Positions 50,417 to 57,168 of a stretch of DNA of 64,000 bases are shown here, one piece after another. The translations under genes and the position numbers were made by a program. Position 1 is the stretch's first letter. The number at the start of each line of letters is the position of its first letter. The notes under the pieces are model-generated. The model had not been told where the DNA came from. It worked only from the letters and a program-made list of their open reading frames with translations, and made no database searches. The stretch is from a virus (lineage: Duplodnaviria; Caudoviricetes): positions 32,001 through 96,000 of IMG/VR virus record IMGVR_UViG_3300037249_000541; one strand, given 5' to 3'.

Positions 50417-50474
50417 TAGTGTAGCCAGGACTCGAACCTGGACGTGTTCCAACACACGTTCCTATATCTACACT
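50417..50474 (-). ncRNA. D-armless tRNA-like RNA
   Basis: AGTGTAG/CTACACT acceptor, ACGTGT/ACACGT hairpin, CCAGG-TTCGAGT-CCTGG T-arm. Confidence 0.6.
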
Positions 50475-50595
50475 AACTCTTACTACGTTGTCCTGGGCTA
50501 AAGCCCAACTCGGAGACATTCAGAGTGCCTTTTACGACGGCCCACGCCTTCGTGATAGAAGGATTGACGTGAGATTACGGAGAATCTCCTTGTCG

Positions 50596-50642
50596 TGGCT
50601 GTTGGAGGAACTGCCCCTCCTTGGTCTTGTTATCCCACAGCC
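50596..50642 (-). ncRNA. tRNA minihelix-like RNA
   Basis: GGCTGT/ACAGCC acceptor plus GGAGG-GGCAGTT-CCTCC T-like arm. Confidence 0.5.
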
Positions 50643-50688
50643 TGTTGAATATGTTTCAATCCAACCCAGTCACCTCATTAGATTTGAT

Positions 50689-51110
50689 AATTCACCGTAT
50701 AAAGTCATATGCTATTGATTACTCGCGGATTGACGTTTCAAACACATAAGTGAATACTCCGTACTGCCCTTTCTTCATCACATAAGTATTCTTGATATAC
50801 AGCTCCTTATCGGCGTACAGGAGATGACTCATTTTCGCCCTTAGTCTTTCCCAAGTGTCAGTAGTCTTCCCCACTTCCAGATTTACCATAAAAATCCCGC
50901 AAGATTTAAACAGTTGCAAGTTTACTCTTGGGTCTTACGTTGACCACACCGACCTGCTTCTCGGCAGGCTCATATCCATTTCGTCAGGCCACGGCACCAA
51001 CTTGGCGTTTAACTATACTCCTTGCGACAATCTAACTGCGTCCAGTTAGCATTGGAAGTGTGTCGAAGTTCGCAACCTGGGTGTTCCCGTGCTGAGATAG
51101 CTGGAGAAAG
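50689..51110 (-). ncRNA. Large structured ncRNA candidate (ROOL-like, copy A)
   Basis: GC-richer stretch with no convincing gene; collinear motifs shared with 61922-62378. Confidence 0.45.
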
Positions 51111-51118
51111 AAATATCT

Positions 51119-51481
51119 CTACAAAAGAAAATCTTTATATACTTGCTTTAAATACCTTTCTTTTATTGCTTCTGCTTTTACGTAAGCTGTTTCGTATTTT
51201 GCATAACCATTAGCATTGGTCTTGTAAAATCTTGCTTGACCATATGTTCGTTCGTCATACCATCTGGTTCCATAACTTTTATATCCATATTCTCTGTCTG
51301 GTGAGAATATGATATTCCATAGAAGTATGAGAAATGTTCCATCGTCATTAATAATGATATCACTAAGCAATCCCATCCTTTTTACAGAGTCATCTTCTTC
51401 ACCGAATCTTACAATAACAGGTTTCCCAAAAAACGGTTTAAGCTTATCTCTTGGTATTTCGATTGGTTTTTTCTTGCTCAT
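51119..51481 (-). CDS. Hypothetical protein
   Basis: ORF 51119-51523; start probably MSKKK. Confidence 0.45.
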   Translation of the reverse strand: MSKKKPIEIPRDKLKPFFGKPVIVRFGEEDDSVKRMGLLSDIIINDDGTFLILLWNIIFSPDREYGYKSYGTRWYDERTYGQARFYKTNANGYAKYETAYVKAEAIKERYLKQVYKDFLL

Positions 51482-51725
51482 CTTGTTGAGTTTTTTGGAT
51501 TGTTTGAATTGCTCTTGCTCCACGACGGAGTAAGAAATCTCCTATTTGCATCTTTATACAATGCCAACGCATTTTACGTAACTCTGTATCATACATCATA
51601 TACCAGAGGTCGCATCCGTCGCATTTCTTTGTAGTTTCGAGATTGCAATCTATATCGCTTAATTGTTTAAGCTTCATAGATTCAATCTCTTCAAACCTTT
51701 TGAATTCTTCTTCTATTTTATTCAT
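51444..51725 (-). CDS. Hypothetical Cys-containing protein
   Basis: 93 aa ORF with CxxC. Confidence 0.4.
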   Translation of the reverse strand: MNKIEEEFKRFEEIESMKLKQLSDIDCNLETTKKCDGCDLWYMMYDTELRKMRWHCIKMQIGDFLLRRGARAIQTIQKTQQDEQEKTNRNTKR

Positions 51726-51752
51726 AGCATTAAAATGTTAATTAATAAAATT

Positions 51753-51823
51753 AGACACTTGATTTTTTGGCAAAAAGCATAATGGTACCGATAATCAGTC
51801 GGGAATCTTTTTTGTAAGTGTCT
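51753..51823 (-). ncRNA. ACAA-module RNA
   Basis: AGACACTT-ACAAAAAA-GATT...AATC-AAGTGTCT. Confidence 0.7.
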
Positions 51824-51829
51824 TTGTTG

Positions 51830-51960
51830 GAGTATTTGAAAAAAATTCATTGAGTCCAGACTAACCTGTTGTCGAGCGGCACACTACCACGTGATGATTT
51901 ACCGTAGCTGTTTCAGACATGGTGCGTCGCCTGGGATTTGAACCCAGATTTTTCAAACTC
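51830..51960 (-). ncRNA. Circularly permuted tRNA mimic (YrlA-like topology)
   Basis: Terminal stem GAGTTTGAAAAA/TTTTTCAAATACTC; T-arm, then GCGACGC-ACCA, loop, GTGCCGC, then D-arm GAC-AACAGGTTA-GTC. Confidence 0.65.
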
Positions 51961-51964
51961 ATTG

Positions 51965-52086
51965 TGCAGCGAGCAGGAGTTGAACCTGCGTTTTCGGATT
52001 GGAATATTCTAACGATGTTTTTGTGAGTAAGTAATCTTACTTAAATGTTATAGTGCCGACGTTCTAACCAACTAAACTATCGCTGT
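51965..52086 (-). ncRNA. Trp-like tRNA with ACAA module inserted in the anticodon arm
   Basis: Intact acceptor, D and T arms; insert AAGTAAG-ATTA-CTTACTC-ACAAAAAC; residual TTCCAA-TCCGA. Confidence 0.7.
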
Positions 52087-52092
52087 GTGTAT

Positions 52093-52149
52093 TGTCACTT
52101 ATTGGCAAAATTAGATAACAATTTGTTTTTTACTAATTTGTAAGTGACA
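52093..52149 (-). ncRNA. ACAA-module RNA
   Basis: TGTCACTT-ACAA-ATTAGTAAAA...TTTTGCCAAT-AAGTGACA. Confidence 0.7.
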
Positions 52150-52218
52150 TCGAAAACATTAATAACCTAAACGTAATAAAAACATAAATCCATGTTACAG
52201 CATCAAGATTACAAATTG

Positions 52219-52291
52219 TGTGTCAAGAGGGAATCGAACCCTCGACCCACGCATTAAAAGTGCGTTGCTCTACCAACTGAGCTATTGACAC
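52219..52291 (-). tRNA. tRNA-Lys(TTT)
   Basis: Perfect cloverleaf; ACGCA-CTTTTAA-TGCGT. Confidence 0.9.
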
Positions 52292-52294
52292 ATA

Positions 52295-52428
52295 AAATGC
52301 AAATACTCCATATAGGTTAACTGTTCCATTCGACACGCCTCTTCCGAACATTCCAGGTCTGAGTCATACGGTTTAACAGCCATGAGATAGAGATAGGTGT
52401 GCGTCATCTCAGGCGTGTATTTGCATTT
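52295..52428 (-). ncRNA. Structured ncRNA candidate
   Basis: 12-bp terminal inverted repeat AAATGCAAATAC/GTATTTGCATTT; internal ACACGCCT/AGGCGTGT. Confidence 0.45.
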
Positions 52429-52440
52429 GTTTTTTTTATT

Positions 52441-52503
52441 TGATACTTATGTCAACGGGTTAGATTAAAAGTCTAATGTTTTTTATTTGTTTTGTAAGTA
52501 TCA
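52441..52503 (-). ncRNA. ACAA-module RNA carrying an isolated Lys(UUU) anticodon stem-loop
   Basis: TGATACTT-ACAAAAC..TTAGA-CTTTTAA-TCTAA..AAGTATCA. Confidence 0.75.
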
Positions 52504-52523
52504 TCGTTCCATGAATGACGCGA

Positions 52524-52886
52524 TTAAACAACCGCGTTTTCTTTCTCTTTGTCAAAACATTTGTTCTGCAATATTTGACGGAAATATTCTTCTGCATCAC
52601 CAAAAGATTCAAAATCTCTTTCGATGCAAGATTTATATTCTTTGCCTACCTTTAATAGTTTAAAGGTTTGGCTTAGTCCATAAATAACACAGTTAGTTAC
52701 CGTAAAATCAAATATTACTTTACCATTATCATCTTTTCGTGAAATAATAGAAATCTTTGCCATCATTAATGGTATGTAATGGCTATGTTCGTATTTCCTG
52801 AAATTCCACGAATTGATTCGTGTTAATGCAGAAATAAATGCTAACTTTAAAAATTGATAACTATTTGTCATTTCCCTTATAATCAT
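52524..52886 (-). CDS. Hypothetical protein
   Basis: 120 aa ORF inside the RNA array. Confidence 0.4.
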   Translation of the reverse strand: MIIREMTNSYQFLKLAFISALTRINSWNFRKYEHSHYIPLMMAKISIISRKDDNGKVIFDFTVTNCVIYGLSQTFKLLKVGKEYKSCIERDFESFGDAEEYFRQILQNKCFDKEKENAVV

Positions 52887-52890
52887 TAAA

Positions 52891-52946
52891 TGTCACTTGG
52901 GGTATTTTGATTAGCAGTCAAATCCATTTTGAATTTGTAAGTGACA
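52891..52946 (-). ncRNA. ACAA-module RNA carrying an isolated Ser(GCU) anticodon stem-loop
   Basis: TGTCACTT-ACAA..TTTGA-CTGCTAA-TCAAA..AAGTGACA. Confidence 0.75.
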
Positions 52947-52954
52947 GTGTTTTG

Positions 52955-53067
52955 CGGACAGGATAGGACTCGAACCTATGACATCGGCATTAACAGTGCA
53001 ATTCGTTAGTTTTGTAAGTAACTAATGCTACTTGTGATACGCGCTCTACCAACTGAGCTACCTGTCC
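52955..53067 (-). ncRNA. tRNA-Asn(GTT) with 40-nt ACAA-module insertion in the anticodon stem
   Basis: CG-[TATCAC-AAGTAGC-ATTA-GTTACTT-ACAAAAC-TAACGAATT]-GCA-CTGTTAA-TGCCG. Confidence 0.78.
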
Positions 53068-53127
53068 ATAATGACGCACCGACCATGGAAGCTTTTACGG
53101 TGCGTCTAAGAGCAACATACTAATATT

Positions 53128-53655
53128 CTAATTCATAGATATTGAAAAATTTGACACTCTGACCATCGTGCTACGTATTCCATCTACATCGTATTCTAAC
53201 ACTTCAATTTTACCATTCTCTGACAATGAACCATCCCAGTTAACCCAATCAACGTTTTTGATTTCATAGGTTTCTCCGTCTTCATCACATTTTAAAGTAA
53301 AACTTGGACGTGTCTTCGCACCTGCAATAAATGATTTCCAGGCCGTTATCAATATAGCTGCTTGGAAATCATTATTTACATCTACCAATGGATAGTATTG
53401 AGTTAAATATTTTGCACATTCGTCATATAGCGAACATTTGGGCTCAAATGCTTTATATCTCAATACACTTATCATCCTGCTGAAGCAAATATCAATAATT
53501 TCATCTATTGTTAATTCTTCATTTAACTTTTGCCTGCCAATAACATATTGTTTGACAAACTCTTTAAGTGTTAAATACGATTTTAACTCTTCACTTAATT
53601 CTTCAATATCTATCTCTTCCTTTTTCTTTGTTTCTTCTGTTTCTTCTTTCTCCAT
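53128..53655 (-). CDS. Hypothetical protein
   Basis: 175 aa ORF inside the RNA array. Confidence 0.5.
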   Translation of the reverse strand: MEKEETEETKKKEEIDIEELSEELKSYLTLKEFVKQYVIGRQKLNEELTIDEIIDICFSRMISVLRYKAFEPKCSLYDECAKYLTQYYPLVDVNNDFQAAILITAWKSFIAGAKTRPSFTLKCDEDGETYEIKNVDWVNWDGSLSENGKIEVLEYDVDGIRSTMVRVSNFSISMN

Positions 53656-53673
53656 TTTGTTATGAAATTTTAT

Positions 53674-53750
53674 TGTCGCTTGTGCTTGCTATCGCGGTTT
53701 TCGGCTGCGAGGTTTGCGTAACTCAATGTGTTATTGTTTTGTAAGCGACA
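53674..53750 (-). ncRNA. ACAA-module RNA (GCTT/AAGC variant)
   Basis: TGTCGCTT-ACAAAAC...TCGC..CCGAAAA..GCGA...AAGCGACA. Confidence 0.7.
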
Positions 53751-53782
53751 TGAACTAAACCGTATATGAGATAAAACAAAAG

Positions 53783-53905
53783 TGGCGGAGGCTGGACTCG
53801 AACCAGCAACTTTCAAATTATCAGTTTGACTATCTTAACCTTAAAAGTATTGTTTTTGTAAGTAACATATGTTACTCAACTTTGTTTTTGTTGATATACT
53901 CCGCC
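53783..53905 (-). ncRNA. tRNA-Ile(GAT) with ACAA module inserted in the D-loop
   Basis: GGCGGAG/CTCCGCC acceptor; TATC..[GAGTAAC-ATAT-GTTACTT-ACAAAAAC]..GGTTAA-GATA; TCAAA-CTGATAA-TTTGA. Confidence 0.78.
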
Positions 53906-53912
53906 ATATAAT

Positions 53913-54014
53913 TGACACTTCTTGTAGATTTTGGATTTGAACCAAAGAACTTATGATTATTAATCATACGCTATAAACCAACTTAGCTAATCTAAGATTA
54001 TTTTGTAAGTGTCA
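53913..54014 (-). ncRNA. ACAA-module RNA enclosing a tRNA body (AAT anticodon)
   Basis: TGACACTT-ACAAAA..TAGAT-D arm-TATGA-TTAATAA-TCATA-T arm-ATCTA..AAGTGTCA. Confidence 0.72.
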
Positions 54015-54021
54015 TTTTTTG

Positions 54022-54098
54022 CGGTGCTTACGGGAATCGAACCCGTCTGAATCTTCTGCGTGACAGGCAGACGGCCACACCAAGCAGCCCCAAGCACC
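54022..54098 (-). tRNA. tRNA-Asp(GTC)
   Basis: TCTGC-CTGTCAC-GCAGA; G discriminator. Confidence 0.82.
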
Positions 54099-54103
54099 AT
54101 AAT

Positions 54104-54197
54104 AGATACTTATTTGCTTTATGGAATCGAACCATATTTTGATGTCTTTCGACATCATAACAGAACCAATTGTAAACAATTGTTTTTGTAAGTATCT
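54104..54197 (-). ncRNA. ACAA-module RNA with GAAA hairpin and T-arm
   Basis: AGATACTT-ACAAAAAC..TGATGTC-GAAA-GACATCA..TATGG-TTCGATT-CCATA..AAGTATCT. Confidence 0.72.
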
Positions 54198-54242
54198 TTC
54201 TATTCACCTAATTACTATGAAAAATTACAAACATTCCAATTG

Positions 54243-54317
54243 TAGTGGGTACGGGATTTGAACCCGTGACTTCAGCGTGAAAGGCTGATGACTTAAACCT
54301 GGCTTGTCGAACCCACC
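54243..54317 (-). tRNA. tRNA-Glu(TTC)
   Basis: TCAGC-CTTTCAC-GCTGA. Confidence 0.87.
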
Positions 54318-54385
54318 ATCCAAAGTATGCGTTATCACAACGCATACAAGATAATTTAAATTAATTATTATTTGACAAAAAAACG

Positions 54386-54495
54386 TGGGCGTGGAAGGAA
54401 TCGAACCTTCTGATTTAATTGATGTGCCATTAATCATATTTTTTATTTGTGTGTATTGTAAGTGACAGAGTATCACTTGTTCTCTGTTCACGCCC
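54386..54495 (-). ncRNA. tRNA-like RNA with ACAA module replacing the D-arm
   Basis: GGGCGTG/CACGCCC acceptor; AAGTGAT-ACTCT-GTCACTT-ACAA; GAAGG-TTCGATT-CCTTC T-arm. Confidence 0.7.
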
Positions 54496-54505
54496 ATATA
54501 AAAAT

Positions 54506-54605
54506 TGATACTTGTTTTATTGCTATTGGAATCGAACCAATGATACAAGGATTTTCAGTCCTTTGCTCTACCTCTGAGCTAAGCTTTTTGGTCTTGTAAG
54601 TATCA
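54506..54605 (-). ncRNA. ACAA-module RNA enclosing a tRNA-Phe(GAA) body with truncated acceptor stem
   Basis: TGATACTT-ACAA..GCTC-AGAGGTA-GAGC, AAGGA-CTGAAAA-TCCTT, ATTGG-TTCGATT-CCAAT..AAGTATCA. Confidence 0.78.
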
Positions 54606-54609
54606 TTTG

Positions 54610-54725
54610 TCGAGGAGGTCAGACTCGAACTGACGACCCTTGGAACCCCACGAATGTGATGTTCTTGTGAGTAACTCAAGTTACTTAATTCTAAACCAAT
54701 GCTCTACCAGCTGAGCTACTCCTCG
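54610..54725 (-). ncRNA. Pro-like tRNA with ACAA module inserted in the anticodon loop
   Basis: CGAGGAG/CTCCTCG acceptor; TTGG..[AAGTAAC-TTGA-GTTACTC-ACAA]..TGGGG..CCAA. Confidence 0.72.
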
Positions 54726-54731
54726 ATAAAA

Positions 54732-54894
54732 AACAAGATTTTCTTTACTGCCTAATTCGTCTGGCACTTTCATTACGTCCGCATTATTTGTGCCAGTAAT
54801 TGCCTCATGCAGTCGTTTTGTTGCGCGCATTTGACTGCCCTATTGGTTCTGCAAGGTTCATCTTTCTACTGCTATGAACGAGGAAAATCTTGTT
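54732..54894 (-). ncRNA. Multi-hairpin structured ncRNA candidate
   Basis: Terminal AACAAGATTTTC/GAAAATCTTGTT plus GTTCAT/ATGAAC, GCAGTC/GACTGC, CTGGCAC/GTGCCAG hairpins. Confidence 0.5.
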
Positions 54895-54897
54895 AAG

Positions 54898-55087
54898 TGC
54901 GCTCGTCAGGACTTAAACCTGAATCTACAAATTTACTATAATTATACCATAATATATCTTGACTAATCCCGTGAGCCATTGTTGATGCGCACACGACCGA
55001 GTTCCACGGCTATTTACATTCTTAGGCAATATATTATGATATTAAATTATAATTAATCAATTGCTTTAATTATTAAGCTACAAGCGC
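54898..55087 (-). ncRNA. tRNA-like RNA with greatly extended anticodon arm
   Basis: GCGCTTG/CGAGCGC acceptor, GCTT/AAGC D-stem, TCAGG/CCTGA T-arm; long insert stem ATATCATAATATAT/ATATATTATGGTAT. Confidence 0.6.
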
Positions 55088-55092
55088 GTGTT

Positions 55093-55158
55093 GGTTACTT
55101 ATTTGTCAAATCCCTAATTTGATGCTTCAAAGCAAGCTATTTGAGTTTGTAAGTAACC
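55093..55158 (-). ncRNA. First ACAA-module RNA of the array
   Basis: GGTTACTT-ACAAA...AAGTAACC starting 4 nt after a TAnnTTTG element. Confidence 0.7.
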
Positions 55159-55162
55159 GCTG

Positions 55163-55206
55163 CAAAGATAACAACCCACAGCGAATCACGCAAGGGTTGT
55201 TATCTT
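55163..55206 (-). promoter_or_regulatory. Bacteroidota-type promoter overlapping the terminator hairpin of the vWA gene
   Basis: TATCTTTG (55170-55163) overlapping the 3' arm of AAGATAACAACCC/GGGTTGTTATCTT. Confidence 0.55.
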
Positions 55207-55221
55207 AATGTTTGTTAAAAG

Positions 55222-57081
55222 TTAGATTACGTTGTTCCTGACAACATCGTAACGGTCGCTACGGAAGAACGACAGAAGAGCCGCATAAGAGTCGAACTGT
55301 TCCATATCCCTGAAATTGGTGAGGAACATCTCTATCTGTGAAGGGTTTGCTGGAATGTACATCAGATTTGGCACGGTTGTAATCTGTGCATCTACCGATA
55401 CCTGATTATTGATGTCCATAGCAATGATGAATGGTTTGAAGCCAAGAACTTCCTCTGCTTTTGAAAGCAAGTTCACAACTGAATCCAATCTATTCCTTGA
55501 AGAATTCCATTCGCCGTCAGAGATTATTGTCCAGATTGGATATCTCGCAAATTCATCTTTTACAGCATCTCCTTTGTCAAGAAGGTCTGAGATATGTTCA
55601 ACGATTGCTTCGATATTAGTCCAACCCCAGTCAGCTTTCGCTCTCAAGCAGCAATACAGGTTTTTGTAGTTTTCCAAAAACGATTTTGTTGTGTCAACAA
55701 GCGGAAGGTCAACTTTCTTGATGTTTGGCATCATCAATTGATTTCTAACTTTCTTCATGCCATCAACTTGCCTGTCTATTGTTGTTACAGGAATGACGTT
55801 GTTTCCGAACATGTACACTACGTTCCTTGCCAATGGGTCAGGGTTCTTGTAGAGGCATACAGAAGCAATGAAAGATGCGAAGTTGAATGCCATGCAACCA
55901 TAATTGCTCATTGAGCCTGAACAATCTATGAATACCAAAGAGTTGTAGGGCAGATTCACTTTCTCCTGTACGAATGCTTCAATTTTGAGTTCGTCCACAT
56001 TAGCCGAACAAATCTGTTCGTACAACTCCTTGAAGTTTGTTGCGCCAGTTGTTACCTTAGCTGCTTTCTTCGCTTCCCTTAAAGCTGCTTGCAACTCAGG
56101 TGTTATAGGCTCACCATTCTGTACCTGCTCTTTGATGTCGCGTACTTTCTGTTGTGCTTCCTCTTTAAACTTCTCCCATTCCTCGAACCAAGTTTTCAGA
56201 TTAGGCCATTTGAGGTCATCACTATCCTTCTTCTTGGAATAGAAGATTTTGTTCTTTACGCGGAATCTTGCTGATGCAGGCAAGTTGTTGAGCCATTCCT
56301 TGAATTGCATCTGGTCAAACTCTGCAATCTTTCCTGTAGAGAAGAGTACGCTTTCGAGTTCGCCGTTGTACTCACTGCGCCATTTACGATAACCTACGAA
56401 GTTGACTTTTTCTTCGTTGTTTCCAACATAGCGATACTCCCAACCCATTCTCTGTGAAAGCATCTTGAGAAATTCTCCTTTTGCTTTCATATTGGCTTTT
56501 GTCTCTGGCAACATACGAGTGTGTCCTTGACGAACACCAAACCTTGGAGGTGTCAAGAATTTCGCAACGCAAGTCTTGGCGAATGGATTGTTGCCACGAA
56601 CAATTTTCTCCACGAATTCGCAGAGAGATTCTCTGTACCAACCCTCGTTGAACAAACACCTATTGCTTACGATTGTCGGGTTTTTTGCTTTGACTTTTGC
56701 CGTCTGTACGCGAGACACAAACAACGAGTCCATGCACTGATACTCGCTGATTATGCCTTTGCCGAGGAATACTTTGAACTGTTCTCTTGCGTTTTTCATC
56801 ATCCAGTCAAGTACAACGTTGAATCCTTTGCGGTTGCTGTTGCCACCATTGTCACGCTGTTTACGACCGAATATGTGATGCTGACGGCCTGTGATGTCGC
56901 CAATACCAATTAGAATTGAATAGAATAACTGCAATTTCTCCTTGCTTGTTGCTTCAGAGTATGCAGCTTCTATCATGTCAACGGTGATTGTATTGCCCAT
57001 ATTTTGGAATAACATCATCATGCCGTCGCATCCCTGAAAGGGATTTTCCGATGTTTTGTTGAATGTTACTATTGATGCCAT
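55222..57081 (-). CDS. TROVE/Ro60-like helical repeat + vWA domain protein (DUF2828-like)
   Basis: MIDAS DCSGSM, WG.TN, ISDGEWN; N-terminal LF....GDI.GR...GG...R..F, AKF..P, KV..GA motifs; start placed at MASIVTF (57081). Confidence 0.7.
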   Translation of the reverse strand: MASIVTFNKTSENPFQGCDGMMMLFQNMGNTITVDMIEAAYSEATSKEKLQLFYSILIGIGDITGRQHHIFGRKQRDNGGNSNRKGFNVVLDWMMKNAREQFKVFLGKGIISEYQCMDSLFVSRVQTAKVKAKNPTIVSNRCLFNEGWYRESLCEFVEKIVRGNNPFAKTCVAKFLTPPRFGVRQGHTRMLPETKANMKAKGEFLKMLSQRMGWEYRYVGNNEEKVNFVGYRKWRSEYNGELESVLFSTGKIAEFDQMQFKEWLNNLPASARFRVKNKIFYSKKKDSDDLKWPNLKTWFEEWEKFKEEAQQKVRDIKEQVQNGEPITPELQAALREAKKAAKVTTGATNFKELYEQICSANVDELKIEAFVQEKVNLPYNSLVFIDCSGSMSNYGCMAFNFASFIASVCLYKNPDPLARNVVYMFGNNVIPVTTIDRQVDGMKKVRNQLMMPNIKKVDLPLVDTTKSFLENYKNLYCCLRAKADWGWTNIEAIVEHISDLLDKGDAVKDEFARYPIWTIISDGEWNSSRNRLDSVVNLLSKAEEVLGFKPFIIAMDINNQVSVDAQITTVPNLMYIPANPSQIEMFLTNFRDMEQFDSYAALLSFFRSDRYDVVRNNVI

Positions 57082-57124
57082 TTTGATTATTTTTAATATG
57101 TTTTCGTGTTGTAAGTAACAATTC
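57061..57124 (-). promoter_or_regulatory. ACAA module enclosing the start codon of the vWA gene
   Basis: TGTTACT-T-ACAA...AAAATGGCATCAAT-AGTAACA; 3' arm lies within codons 4-6. Confidence 0.7.
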
Positions 57125-57168
57125 TCGTGGGAAGACTCCACACGAGAGTTGCAATGAGAGAGTTAGAA

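Noticed and set aside
50650-50712. Hammerhead ribozyme (CTAATGA...GAAAC on the minus strand)
   Set aside because: Cleavage triplet would be GAC rather than NUH, and stems I and II are weak
54225-54679. ORFs 54225-54548 and 54488-54679
   Set aside because: They overlap tRNA and tRNA-like genes and have no protein-like features
54870-54890. HDV-like L3 sequence (TCCTCGT) on the minus strand
   Set aside because: No flanking P3 pairing
50283-55158. CRISPR array interpretation of the repeated TGTAAGT motif
   Set aside because: Spacing is irregular, repeats are short covarying inverted pairs enclosing tRNA-like cargo, and there are no cas genes
57082-57141. Upstream start of the vWA gene at 57141
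   Set aside because: The A-rich leader and AAAATG context favour 57081; the upstream stretch is structured RNA
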